NCBI GenBank assembly: GCA_965243545.1
Contig: OZ251573.1
Coordinates: forward strand, 596,217-660,216
Source: Spirochaetia bacterium
Lineage (GTDB): Bacteria; Spirochaetota; Spirochaetia; SZUA-6; Bin103
DNA: 64,000 bases
Direction of reading: 5' to 3'
Shown: positions 18,695 through 28,678 of the stretch, piece after piece
Numbering within the stretch: the stretch's first letter is position 1
How the letters are laid out: each line of letters starts with the position of its first letter
Notes under the pieces: generated by a model
What the model was told of the DNA's origin: nothing
Database searches by the model: none
What the model saw: only the letters and a program-made list of their open reading frames with translations
Program-made: the position numbers and the translations under genes

Positions 18695-21600
18695 TCAGGT
18701 CTCCAACGGCGCGAACATCCGCGCCTTGAACGTCGGCTCCAGCGCCTTGGCGTGCGGGATAAAGGAATCGCCGTTGACGTAGACGGAGTCCGCTCCTTCG
18801 GTCAGCCCCTGCTCGGCCACGAACTCCTTGTCCCGAATCAGATCGTCCTTCTCCCACCCTTCGGTGTCGCGCCAGATCACCACCGCCGTTCGTTCCTCGA
18901 CCGTGCCGCGGTACACCAGATACCGGCGGCCCGCGTCGTGGTGCACGCGGCGCGTCCGCACGCGCAGTCCCAGCAGGTAGTTGAAGGTCTCCGGCAGGTC
19001 CGCCGCCCGCTCGCCAGCCTGACCGTTGTCATGGACCCGCAGCCGATAATCGAACGGACGGCTGAGCTTCTCCACGTTCAACAGCGTCTCGCTCCTGCGC
19101 GTCTCCCACTTGAGCAGGTACCGGATCAGGTAATCGTCAAACCGCAGCGCCTGCTGCCCTTCCGTTTCTTCGAAACTGATGTTGTTCAGCGCGTCCTCGT
19201 AGCTCTCGATGCGATGATACTTGACGATACGCGGGCTCCGCTCCACTTCTTCCGGAGTAGCTGCGCGCTGCGGCTTGCCTCCCTTCCACGCGGGAGTAAA
19301 CGTTACCTTCTTGATTCGCGGCAACAGCACCGTATCGAAGTGCTTGCCCATCTCCACCATGACGAACTTCCGATCACCGCCGTCCGCCCGGTTGAGATCG
19401 ATCACCGCGTGGCCGGTCGTACCCGATCCGGCGAAGAAGTCGATACAGTAGGCATCGTCACCGACGTCGGCCCCGAAGATGGCGTCGCTCACGGTGTTTA
19501 TCGACTTTGGATAGGAAAAGGTATTGTGCTTGCCGATTATGTCTCCAAGCAAATTCGCTCCGAAGGTGCCCGCGTTATATCTTGGATCGACCCAATTGCT
19601 GAAAAACGCGGCGGTCCGATCCTGCACGTCAATGCGATGATAGATCGTGAACCCGTTGCTACACTGCAGCTTGCCGCTCCGAATCAGCGGCAGGCACGAC
19701 TCGTACGACCGGCGCCACACCCTCTCCTCACCCTGAGTGCCAAGCGGATAGACTCGAACATATCCGGGTCCCGTATCTTCACGCGGATAGTCTGTCCCCC
19801 TTGCCGGCGGTGGCTCGGCCCCAACCACGTTCCTGGTCCGGGCGTCTACCAGGATCGCGTAGAAGCTGTTGGGACGGGCATATCGGAAGTTGCTCTCGGC
19901 GGTGCCGCTGCGCTTGAACGGTCGAAGTTCTTCCCCATCCTTCGCGCTGCGCCCTACCAGGATCCGCGTTGAATCCTTGCTCACACAGCAGATCATGTAC
20001 TCGTGAGTATTCGCCAACAGTCGCGCCTTACCTCCTTGAGGATGGTGGTTTACGACAATCATCTCGCGCCGCAGGGCCGGATAGCGACGGTCGATCAGCT
20101 CGCAGAGATCAGCCAGTTCAAAATCATCAATCGCGATGAACAGCACCGGGTCGTCCCTGAGTAACTCCATCGCAAGAGACAGCCGGTTGTCCATCAGCGT
20201 CAACCAGGAGGAAAACAGATACTCGTTCTTGTATAGTATCTCCGAATCCCCGGTATTGTAGGGCGGATCGAGGTATGCGCACTCGATCCTGTTGCGGTAC
20301 GATTCGCGCAACAAACCGAGCGCCTGAAAGTTATCGCCATGAATCAGCAACCCATCGGTCCGTGCGTCGACGTGGTCCATCTCGTTGAACAACTCGTCGA
20401 CGAAGTCTGAATGGAAATGCCGGGTGTCTAACACGAGAGTCCGGTGAGCCTCTAGAAACGCGATCCGCCGATCGTTCCTGTCTCCGTTGCTGAACAGGTC
20501 GGCCGCGTCCTCATCGACGTGGAACAGCGTCTTCCACTCCGCCCATTGCGGGTCGCAGGCGGCGATGTCTGCATACCGGCGCCGATCTATGTTGCCGACC
20601 GTGATGCAGTAGCCGGTCTCGGTGATGAACTTGCGCTTCTCCCACAGCATCTTCTGGAAGCTCTCGATCTGGTCCAGGAAGTCGATGATGCGCCCGCCCA
20701 CCGCCTTGATCGTGCGCATGATCTGGAACCAGCCGTCGGCCATCTCCTCGCCGGCAGCCGCCATCTCGTCGAGATCGAGCACCTCGTTCTTGAGATAGAA
20801 GTCGAGCTCCTGAGCGAGGAACCCCTGCAGGTCCTTGTGGACGAAGAAGTCGGACGTGTTGCGCCGCGTGTAGCGCCGCAGGTGGTACTCGAGAACGCTG
20901 ACCGGCCGGCCGTCGCCGTTGCCGTTGCCGTTGCGGTGCCGCTCGGCGGCCAGCATCGCCGCCGCCGCGTCGGCGCCGCTCAGCCGCCGGGGGACTTCGG
21001 TCAGCGTAGCGCCGACGATCGCCTCCTGCTGACCGGTGCGGCCGTAGACGATCTCCTCCCGGCCGGTCAGCCGCCGGTACTCGAACGGAATGAGCACGCG
21101 CGCAGCATCCGCGTCCCAAGTGATCGCCTTGAACCGCGGCACAAAGAACCGCTTGTCGCCCTTGACGTCGTTCTGCTCCACGTCCGCGTGCTGCGCGCTG
21201 AAGCGCACGGTGATGCCGCTCCGCGTAAAGGTGTAATTGCGAAAGTGCTCGTCTGACTTGACGTAGTACTGGTCGCTGTTCACCCAGTGCAGATACACCT
21301 CCTCGCCATTGTATGGAATGGCGTAGCGCTGCCGCTTCGAGTAACGCCGCTTCGAGATGAAGTCGCCGTCCTGATAGTAGCGGCTGAAGAAGGCGTACAG
21401 ATGGTTGTAGATGGCGGCCTCAATCGCTTCCGGGCTGAGACCGGCGGTCCGTTGCGCCCTGAGGTACTTCCTGCCCAACGGGGTCTCTTGAAACCTGACT
21501 AAATTGCCGTCCGCGTCGAGAGCGTTTGTCCCCAATCCTTCATGTATATCCTTGACGGCCTGCTGCAGGCGCTCGGCGGCCAGCGCCTGGTCGGCGAGCG

Positions 21601-21772
21601 GGCCGTGGCGCCACTGGTCCGCGACGGTGCTCGGCAGCGTTTCCGTAATAAAGGTCTCGATCACGTCACGCTTGTAATTCATGACGCGGTAGATGCCGAA
21701 GTCCAGATCGGCGCAGTCGAACTGGAACAGCTCTCGCAGCAGTCCCTGGAATTTCTCGCTAGCGGAGCTCAC
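18695..21772 (-). CDS. mod: Type III Mod-like N6-adenine/N4-cytosine DNA methyltransferase (beta class), 1025 aa with extra N- and C-terminal domains (paralog 1)
   Basis: Motif IV CAYLDPPYNTG precedes motif I DFFAGSGTTGHAV (beta order). Starts with MSSASEKFQGLLRELFQFDCADLDFGIYRVMNYKR. Confidence 0.8.
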   Translation of the reverse strand: MSSASEKFQGLLRELFQFDCADLDFGIYRVMNYKRDVIETFITETLPSTVADQWRHGPLADQALAAERLQQAVKDIHEGLGTNALDADGNLVRFQETPLGRKYLRAQRTAGLSPEAIEAAIYNHLYAFFSRYYQDGDFISKRRYSKRQRYAIPYNGEEVYLHWVNSDQYYVKSDEHFRNYTFTRSGITVRFSAQHADVEQNDVKGDKRFFVPRFKAITWDADAARVLIPFEYRRLTGREEIVYGRTGQQEAIVGATLTEVPRRLSGADAAAAMLAAERHRNGNGNGDGRPVSVLEYHLRRYTRRNTSDFFVHKDLQGFLAQELDFYLKNEVLDLDEMAAAGEEMADGWFQIMRTIKAVGGRIIDFLDQIESFQKMLWEKRKFITETGYCITVGNIDRRRYADIAACDPQWAEWKTLFHVDEDAADLFSNGDRNDRRIAFLEAHRTLVLDTRHFHSDFVDELFNEMDHVDARTDGLLIHGDNFQALGLLRESYRNRIECAYLDPPYNTGDSEILYKNEYLFSSWLTLMDNRLSLAMELLRDDPVLFIAIDDFELADLCELIDRRYPALRREMIVVNHHPQGGKARLLANTHEYMICCVSKDSTRILVGRSAKDGEELRPFKRSGTAESNFRYARPNSFYAILVDARTRNVVGAEPPPARGTDYPREDTGPGYVRVYPLGTQGEERVWRRSYESCLPLIRSGKLQCSNGFTIYHRIDVQDRTAAFFSNWVDPRYNAGTFGANLLGDIIGKHNTFSYPKSINTVSDAIFGADVGDDAYCIDFFAGSGTTGHAVIDLNRADGGDRKFVMVEMGKHFDTVLLPRIKKVTFTPAWKGGKPQRAATPEEVERSPRIVKYHRIESYEDALNNISFEETEGQQALRFDDYLIRYLLKWETRRSETLLNVEKLSRPFDYRLRVHDNGQAGERAADLPETFNYLLGLRVRTRRVHHDAGRRYLVYRGTVEERTAVVIWRDTEGWEKDDLIRDKEFVAEQGLTEGADSVYVNGDSFIPHAKALEPTFKARMFAPLET

Positions 21773-21841
21773 GCCTTTCGCCTATGCCGGCACCATACGC
21801 CAGTCTCCGCCGCCGTGTCCAGCCGGGCCGATCATCGTCCG

Positions 21842-24748
21842 TCAGCCCTCCGGCGGCGCAAACATGCGCGCCTTGAAGACCGGCTCCAGGGCCTTGGCGT
21901 TCGGGATGAAGGAATCGCCGTTGACGTAGACGGCGTCCGCCCCCTCGGTCAAGCCCTGTTCGGCTACGAACTCCTTGTCCCGAATCAGATCGGCCTTCCC
22001 CCAACCTTCCGTCTCGCGCCAGAGCACCACGACCGTTCTCTCATCGGCCGTTCCGCAGTATACCAGATACCGGCGCCCCGCGTCCTGGTGCACGCGCCGC
22101 GTCCGCGCGCGCAGCCCCAGCAGGTAGTTGAAGGTCTCCGGCAGGTCCGCCACCCGATCACGTACCCCACCGTCAACGCGCACGCCCAGGCGATAGTCGA
22201 ACGGACGGCTCAGCTTCTCCACGTTCAACAGGGTCTCGCTCGTGCGCGTCTCCCACTTGAGCAGGTAGCGGAGCAGGTAGTCGTCAAATTGCAGCCCCGG
22301 CTGGTCTTCCGCTTCGTCGAAGACGATGTTGTTCAGCGCGTCCTCATAGCTCTCGATGCGATGATACTTGACGACTCGCGGGCTCCGCTCCGCCTCACTC
22401 CGTGCCGGCATCCGCACCGGCGTCCCTTCCCTCCACTCCGGCGCAAACGTGACCTTCTTCATTCTCGGCAGGAGCACGGCGTCGAAGTGGTCGCCGACTT
22501 CGACCAGGATGAACCGCCGCCGCGCGCCGTCCTCGCGATTGAGGCGCATGACGGCGTGGCCGGTCGTGCCCGAACCGGCGAAGTAGTCCAACACGAAGGC
22601 GTTGGTTGCTCCCTCCGTCGCGGCGCCAATCAGGTCTGCGTATAGCGACACCGGATGTGAGTACGGAAAGTCGCTCACCCCGAGGCCGTCGAGGTCCGAC
22701 TTGCCGCGGCGCGCATCCTGCATTACGGAGGTCAACTGCCGGCTCGACGCTTCGCGCAGAAACCGCTTCTGCCGCGGCTGCGTGGTGTCGTCCGCTCCGA
22801 ACAGGATCTCGCCACGCGCCATCATCCCGCGCAGCGTCTCCGGCGTCCTGGAAAATCCGTTGGGCGGCACCGGGCAAGGCCTGCCGGTCACCGGGTGAAT
22901 CAGCGGCTCGAAGAACTTGGCGTCTGTTCTCGGTTCCGGCGCCCGCAGACTGACGCTGGTGTACACCCGGCCATCATCGTCGAGATACCGGTACGCCCGT
23001 TCGCCGCCGCTCAGGGACTCATTTCGGCGAATCCAGTCGGCGAAGTGCGCTCGCGCCTGCCGCATGGACGCGGGATACTTCCGTAGCGACTCCTTCGCCT
23101 GTGCCAGGATGGAATGAACCTGGCTCGTCGGGAGGTTGAACGCCCCACTCGATCTGGTTCGCCATATCACGTACTCGTGCTGAATCGCAATTCCGCCGCC
23201 CCCGGTCATGGGATTCCTCTTGTCCCAGATCACGGTACCGGCGTTGGGAATACCGAATCGATCGAACAGCAGATGCAGGCGTTCGTACTCGTTCTCGTCG
23301 ACGTGGCAGACGAACGACCCGTGGTCGTCGAGGAGCACTTCCCCGCGGCGAATCCGGTTCTCCATCATGGTGAGCCAACTCGAATGCCGGTAGGAGTTCT
23401 TGTACAGGAAGCCGCTGGTCTGCGTGTTGTAGGGAGGATCGACGTGTATGCAGCGCACTTGGCGCCGGTATGCCGCGGACAACAGGCTCAGCGCCTGGGC
23501 GTTGTCGCCGCGAATCAGCAGACCGTCGAGCACGTCGTCAAGGTCATCGATGCTGCCGAGCAAGCGATCCGTGAAGTCGGTCGTGAAGTGCCGGGTGTCG
23601 ACTACGAGCGTCGGGTGAGCCTCCAGAAACGCGATCCGCCGGTCGTTCCGGTCGCCGTCACTGAACAGGCCGGCCGCGTCTTCGTCGACGTGCAACAATT
23701 CCTTCCACTCCGCCCACTGCGGGTCGCAGGCGGCGATCTCAGGATACCGGCTCCGGTCGATGGCGCCCGCGGTAATGCAATACCCGGTCTCCGTGATGAA
23801 CTTGCGCTTCTCCCACAGCATCTTCTGAAAGCTCTCGATCTGATCCAGGAAGTCGATGATGCGGCCGCCGACCGCCTTGATGGCGCGCATGACGCGGAAC
23901 CAGCCGTCGGCCAAGTCCTCGCCCGCAGTCTCCATCTCGTCGAGATCGAGCACTTCGTTCTTGAGATAGAAGTCGAGCTCCCCGGCAAGGAAGCCCCGCA
24001 GGTTCTTGTGGATGAAGAAGTCGGAGGCGTTGCGCCGCGTGTAGCGGCGCAGGTGGTACTCCAGCAGGCGCTCGGCGGTGAGCGTCGCGGCAGCCGTGGC
24101 CGCGCCGGCACCGCGCAGCCGCTGCGGAATCTCGCTCACGGCGACACCGTTGATCGCTTCCTGCTGCGCCGTGCGGCCGTAGGCGTGCTCCTCCCGGCGG
24201 GTCAGCGGCCGGTACTCGAACGGGATGAGCACGCGGCCCGCTTCCGCATCGCAGGTGATCGCGCCGTATTGCGGCAGGAAGAACCGCTTGTCGCCCTTGA
24301 CGTCGTTCTGCTCCACGTCCGCGTCCCGCACCGTGAAGCGTACGGTAACGCCGCTCCGCGTGAAGGTGTAATCGCGAAAGTGCTCGTCGGACTTGACGTA
24401 GTACTGGTCGCCGTTTGCCCAGTGCAGATACACCTCCTCGCCGTTGTAAGGAATGGCGTAGCGCTGCCGCTTCGAATAGCGCCGCTTCGAGATGAAGTCC
24501 CCGTCCTGATAGTAGCGGCTGAAGAAGGCAAACAGATGGTTGTAGACGGCAGCTTCTTTCGCTTCCGGGCTGCCGCCGCAGGTGCGCAACTCCTCCGCGA
24601 CGGCGCGCGGCAGCGCTTCCGTGATGAACGCCTCGATCACGTCACGCTTGTAGTTCATGACCCGGTAGATGCCGAAGTCCAAGTCGGCGCAGTCGAACTG
24701 AAACAGCTCGCGCAGCAGATGCTGGAATTTTTCGCTTGCGGAGCTCAT
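21842..24748 (-). CDS. mod: Type III Mod-like DNA methyltransferase paralog 2 (about 968 aa) with a divergent central region
   Basis: Near-identical N-terminus (MSSASEKFQHLLRELFQFD..) and C-terminus (YHRIESYEDALNNI..KARMFAP) to paralog 1. Carries CIHVDPPYNTQ and DYFAGSGTTGHAV. ORF 21842..25147 is 5'-extended by read-through; start taken at MSSASE. Confidence 0.8.
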   Translation of the reverse strand: MSSASEKFQHLLRELFQFDCADLDFGIYRVMNYKRDVIEAFITEALPRAVAEELRTCGGSPEAKEAAVYNHLFAFFSRYYQDGDFISKRRYSKRQRYAIPYNGEEVYLHWANGDQYYVKSDEHFRDYTFTRSGVTVRFTVRDADVEQNDVKGDKRFFLPQYGAITCDAEAGRVLIPFEYRPLTRREEHAYGRTAQQEAINGVAVSEIPQRLRGAGAATAAATLTAERLLEYHLRRYTRRNASDFFIHKNLRGFLAGELDFYLKNEVLDLDEMETAGEDLADGWFRVMRAIKAVGGRIIDFLDQIESFQKMLWEKRKFITETGYCITAGAIDRSRYPEIAACDPQWAEWKELLHVDEDAAGLFSDGDRNDRRIAFLEAHPTLVVDTRHFTTDFTDRLLGSIDDLDDVLDGLLIRGDNAQALSLLSAAYRRQVRCIHVDPPYNTQTSGFLYKNSYRHSSWLTMMENRIRRGEVLLDDHGSFVCHVDENEYERLHLLFDRFGIPNAGTVIWDKRNPMTGGGGIAIQHEYVIWRTRSSGAFNLPTSQVHSILAQAKESLRKYPASMRQARAHFADWIRRNESLSGGERAYRYLDDDGRVYTSVSLRAPEPRTDAKFFEPLIHPVTGRPCPVPPNGFSRTPETLRGMMARGEILFGADDTTQPRQKRFLREASSRQLTSVMQDARRGKSDLDGLGVSDFPYSHPVSLYADLIGAATEGATNAFVLDYFAGSGTTGHAVMRLNREDGARRRFILVEVGDHFDAVLLPRMKKVTFAPEWREGTPVRMPARSEAERSPRVVKYHRIESYEDALNNIVFDEAEDQPGLQFDDYLLRYLLKWETRTSETLLNVEKLSRPFDYRLGVRVDGGVRDRVADLPETFNYLLGLRARTRRVHQDAGRRYLVYCGTADERTVVVLWRETEGWGKADLIRDKEFVAEQGLTEGADAVYVNGDSFIPNAKALEPVFKARMFAPPEG

Positions 24749-24777
24749 GGCAACGCGGAACACCCGCGGCGGCGCGC

Positions 24778-26049
24778 CTACTGGTAGCCGATCGGTACGA
24801 CGTCCAGGTCTTCGATCCGGCCGTCGGCGGTGAAGCGCCACACGCCGACGTGGCCCCGGCGCAGGTCGCCGTTGGCATCCCAGTCGAGCGTGGCCGCGGC
24901 GCCGGCATAGTCGACCGTCCCGCCGGCGGCCAGGATGCGCAGGGCGCTGGCGACCCCGTCCGCGCCGGCGGTCGCCGGCGTGCCGGGGCCGCTGCCGACG
25001 GCGCGCAGCCGGTCGCGGATCGCCGCCCCGTCGGTGCTGCCGGCCGCCTGCGCGGCCAGCCCCAGGGCGATGGCGGCGTCGTATATCTCCTTGACGTAGG
25101 CGAGCACCGGGAGCTCGCCGTACCGCTGCCGAAAGGCGTCCTCCCACGCGGCCGAGGCGGCGCTGCCCGGATCGGTCGCGGCGCTCACCCCGTAGGCGCC
25201 GGCGACGTGCTCGGCCCCGACCTCCTGCGGCACCTCCAGGTCCTTGAGCGCGTCACTGAAAATGAACCGTTCGTAGAGACCCTGCTCGACCGCCTCCCGC
25301 ACGATGATCACCCCTTCGGACGCGAAGGTGACCACGACCAGCGCCTGCGCGCCGGGGGCCGCGCTCTCATGCAGCTCGTCCAGATAGGTCGGCTGCTCCG
25401 CGTCGATCGGGACGATCATGATCTGGGCGCCGTTGCCGACCAGGACCCCGCGCTCCAACCCGGACACTTCCGTTCCGGTCCAGGCGGCGGCGAAGGCTGC
25501 GGCCATCCCCCGCCCCCACGGGTCGTCGCGGTAGATCAGGGCGACGTTGTCGAACCCGCGATCGCGGGTGACGCGCGCCAGGACCGGACCCTGCGCGCTG
25601 TCGGACACGGCGGTGCGGAACAGGAAGTCACGGTCGTCGACGGTCGTCACCTGCGGCGAAGTGGCCGACGGGCTGATGGTCGGCACGCCGGCCGGGCCGG
25701 TCACCTGCTCCGCGACCGGGATGGACGTGCCGCTGGTGCCGGGGCCGACCAGCACGTGAACGCCCTCCTCCCGGACCAAGCGGCGCGCTTCCGCCACCGC
25801 CGCGGCCGGCTCCGCCGTGGCATTGCCGACGACCACCCGTACCGGTTGCCCGAACACGCCGCCGCCGGCGTTGAGATGCTCGACCGCCAGATCGAAGGAC
25901 ATGCGCATATCCCGGTCGCCGTCCCCTTCGAAGTTGAGCAGCAACCCCATCCGCAACGGCCCCGGCGATTCCTGGCCGTACGCGCCGGCCACGCCGGCGA
26001 ACAGCAGGGCCGCCAGCAGCAGGCCGGCCATGCTCGCCCGATTCCTCAT
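24778..26049 (-). CDS. Branched-chain amino-acid-type ABC transporter substrate-binding protein (LivJ/K-like, orphan)
   Basis: Signal peptide MRNRASMAGLLLAALLFAGVAGAYG followed by a periplasmic binding fold. The upstream 330 aa of ORF 24778..27057 are antisense to the ADH gene. Confidence 0.7.
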   Translation of the reverse strand: MRNRASMAGLLLAALLFAGVAGAYGQESPGPLRMGLLLNFEGDGDRDMRMSFDLAVEHLNAGGGVFGQPVRVVVGNATAEPAAAVAEARRLVREEGVHVLVGPGTSGTSIPVAEQVTGPAGVPTISPSATSPQVTTVDDRDFLFRTAVSDSAQGPVLARVTRDRGFDNVALIYRDDPWGRGMAAAFAAAWTGTEVSGLERGVLVGNGAQIMIVPIDAEQPTYLDELHESAAPGAQALVVVTFASEGVIIVREAVEQGLYERFIFSDALKDLEVPQEVGAEHVAGAYGVSAATDPGSAASAAWEDAFRQRYGELPVLAYVKEIYDAAIALGLAAQAAGSTDGAAIRDRLRAVGSGPGTPATAGADGVASALRILAAGGTVDYAGAAATLDWDANGDLRRGHVGVWRFTADGRIEDLDVVPIGYQ

Positions 26050-26175
26050 CGCTCTCACCCTCCCGGTACGTGCCACGTCCGCGCGCATGGGCAGTTCCGC
26101 GTCCGCCAAGCACGTCCGCGCAGTGTAGCCGTTCCTGCGCCGCCGCCCATCATCGGCTATGATCGCCGTCCGGTC

Positions 26176-27252
26176 ATGCCGCGCGCACTCGTAGCCACCG
26201 CCCCGCGTACGCCCGCTCTGGTGGAGTATCGGGAACCGGACCTCGGCGCCGGCCAGGTGCGCCTGCGTAGCGTCCTTTCGGTCGTCAAGCACGGCACCGA
26301 GTTGCGCGCGTTCCGGGCCGACACCCGCGACGCGACCGCGCCGTTCGACCGCGAGTTGGGCCTGCATCTGCCCGGCGAACGGCGCGGCGCGTTTCCGCAT
26401 CCGCTCGGCAACCAGGGGGTGGCGCTGGTGGTGGAGGCCGGCCGGGAGGCGGCGCGCTTCCGGCCGGGCGACATCGTCTTCGGCCCGCTGCCGATCCGGC
26501 AGACGCACACCGTCGCTCAGGAGCAGGTGCAGCCGGCGCCGGCCGGGGCGGACCCGGCGGCGCTCCTCTGTAGGGACCCTGCCTCGGTGGCGCTCTGCGG
26601 CATCCATGACGCGGGCATTCGCGTCGGCGACCGGGTGTTGGTCACCGGTCTGGGCGCGATCGGGCTGATGGCCGCGCAGCTCGCCCGCCTGCAGGGCGCG
26701 CGCTGGGTTGGGTGTTCCGATCCGTTCGCCAAGCGGCGGGCGCTGGCGGCGGCGCACGGAGCCGATCTGGTAGTCGATCCCGCCGGCGGTGATGCGGGAC
26801 TGATCGTCAAGCGGTGCACCGGCGGCCGGGGCGTGGACGTGAGTATCGAGGCGTCCGGCAGCTACGCCGGCCTGCATGACGCCCTGCGGGCGACCGCGTA
26901 CGGCGGCGTGGTCGCCTCCATAGCTTACTACACCGGCACCGCCGACGCCCTGCACCTGCAGGGCGAGTGGCACCGCAACCAGCTCACCCTGATCTCCAGC
27001 CGCAACGTCAACGCACCGTTGCGGGCGCATCCGCGCTGGACCGCCGAGCGGCTGCACCGGGAGGCGGTCGATCTCCTGACCGCCGGCCGGCTGCGCGCCG
27101 ACGGCGTGCTCGACCCGATCGTGCCGTTCGAGCGGAGCGCGGACGCCTATCGGGAAATCGACCGGAACCCCGGCGCCGGCATCAAGCTGGCCGTCCGCTA
27201 CGACGACGCCGGCGGCGCCGGAGCGTCCGTACCGCGGGCGCCTGTCGCGTAA
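26176..27252 (+). CDS. Zinc-binding medium-chain alcohol/polyol dehydrogenase
   Basis: Rossmann motif VTGLGAIGLMAAQLA with MDR-family architecture. Start MPRALVATAP. Confidence 0.75.
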   Translation: MPRALVATAPRTPALVEYREPDLGAGQVRLRSVLSVVKHGTELRAFRADTRDATAPFDRELGLHLPGERRGAFPHPLGNQGVALVVEAGREAARFRPGDIVFGPLPIRQTHTVAQEQVQPAPAGADPAALLCRDPASVALCGIHDAGIRVGDRVLVTGLGAIGLMAAQLARLQGARWVGCSDPFAKRRALAAAHGADLVVDPAGGDAGLIVKRCTGGRGVDVSIEASGSYAGLHDALRATAYGGVVASIAYYTGTADALHLQGEWHRNQLTLISSRNVNAPLRAHPRWTAERLHREAVDLLTAGRLRADGVLDPIVPFERSADAYREIDRNPGAGIKLAVRYDDAGGAGASVPRAPVA

Positions 27253-27273
27253 CGTGGTGGGGTCACGGTCGGC

Positions 27274-28677
27274 TCAGCCGGGCGGGCGCAGTTCCTCCAG
27301 GTCGGCCGGCTCCGGAGCGATCTGTTCCGAGCGGAGCCGTTCGGGGGCCGGCTCAATGACCGGCTCCGCGCCCTCCACGCCGCGGATGCAGCCGAGCAGG
27401 CGCTGCCGCAGCAGGGCGGCCACCTCGGCGTGCCGGGGGTTGCCGGCCAGGTTGCGGAGCTCGTACCGGTCGGCGCGCAGGTCGTAGAGAAACTCCTCGA
27501 CGTAGCGGTCGGCGGCCGGCGCCTCACTTCCGTCCAGCCCCGGCGCGCTCACCGCATACTTCCAGCGCCTGGTGCGTAGCGCGCGTCCCACCTGCGACTC
27601 CGAAATCTGCACGAAGACCTGATCCGGCCACGCCGCATCCGCGGCGCGCCCGCCGGCCAGCGGCAGCGCCGAACGGCCCTGCATGGCCGCCGGCGGCTCG
27701 ATCCCGGCGGCGTCCAGCAGCGTCGGCGGCAGGTCGATCAGGCTGACCAGCTCCTCCACGCGGCCGCCGCCGTCGAAGCCGGGGCCGCCCAAGGCGGCCG
27801 GAATACGGATCGACGACTCGTGGCAGGAACGCTTGTACTCCCCATTGCGCGTCTTGAAGTGGTTGCCGTGATCGGAGGTGTAGAGCACGACCGTATCGTC
27901 GGCCATCCCCAGGCTGCGCAGCGCGTCGAGCACGCGGCCGAACGCCTCGTCCAGCCGTTTGACCATGCCGTAGTAGCCCGGCAGGTGCTGCTGCGCCGAG
28001 CCGCCCAGCGCGGCCAGGTCGGGCGGCGTCCAGGCCCCGGTGTACCGCTCCTGGTACCCGTCGGGGGCGGGATAATCGTCGCGGTGGTTCTGATGGTGCG
28101 GCTCGATGAAGGAGAGGAACAGCAGGAACGGCCGGTCGCGCGGCCCGCCGTCGCGGCCGTCCAGGTAGCGGATGGCGGCGTCGGTCAGCGCGTCGACCCG
28201 GTAGCCGGGCAACTCCACCGGCCGTTCGTCGCCGTCGTACAGCGTCGTCCGGTAGGCGTCGGAAGTGAACTCCAGGACGTTGGAGGCGAGCCAGTAGCCG
28301 TACCGGCCGCGGTGCGCAGGCGCCACCGGGCCGATCCGGCCGCGCGGCCCCAGGTGCCACTTGCCGATATAGGCGGTCGCGTAGCCGGCGGCGTGGAAGT
28401 GATCCGGCAGCGTCGGCAGCGCCGGGTCCAGGGGAATGGCGTTGCGGAACACGCCGGTCTGCGTGGCGTAGCGGCCGGTCTGCAGGCACGCGCGCGCCGG
28501 CCCGCACACCGGCTGGCAGGTGAAGGCGTTGGCCAGGTGCGTGCCGCGCGCGGCGAACCGGTCGAAGTTGGGCGTCAAGCCGGCCGGATTGCCGTGGATG
28601 CCGGCCGTGTCCCAGCGCTGCTGATCGGTGAAGAAGACGACGACGTTGGGGCGCGCGCGGCCGGCGGAATCGCTCAC
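27274..28677 (-). CDS. Sulfatase (formylglycine-dependent, CxPxR type)
   Basis: VVVFFTDQQRWD, the motif CQPVCGPARACLQTGR and GKWHLG. GTG start lies 1 nt after the ABC ATPase stop. Confidence 0.8.
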   Translation of the reverse strand: MSDSAGRARPNVVVFFTDQQRWDTAGIHGNPAGLTPNFDRFAARGTHLANAFTCQPVCGPARACLQTGRYATQTGVFRNAIPLDPALPTLPDHFHAAGYATAYIGKWHLGPRGRIGPVAPAHRGRYGYWLASNVLEFTSDAYRTTLYDGDERPVELPGYRVDALTDAAIRYLDGRDGGPRDRPFLLFLSFIEPHHQNHRDDYPAPDGYQERYTGAWTPPDLAALGGSAQQHLPGYYGMVKRLDEAFGRVLDALRSLGMADDTVVLYTSDHGNHFKTRNGEYKRSCHESSIRIPAALGGPGFDGGGRVEELVSLIDLPPTLLDAAGIEPPAAMQGRSALPLAGGRAADAAWPDQVFVQISESQVGRALRTRRWKYAVSAPGLDGSEAPAADRYVEEFLYDLRADRYELRNLAGNPRHAEVAALLRQRLLGCIRGVEGAEPVIEPAPERLRSEQIAPEPADLEELRPPG

Positions 28678-28678
28678 G

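Noticed and set aside
15613-18729. 1038-aa plus-strand ORF
   Set aside because: Antisense to the Res helicase gene, which carries unambiguous helicase and nuclease motifs.
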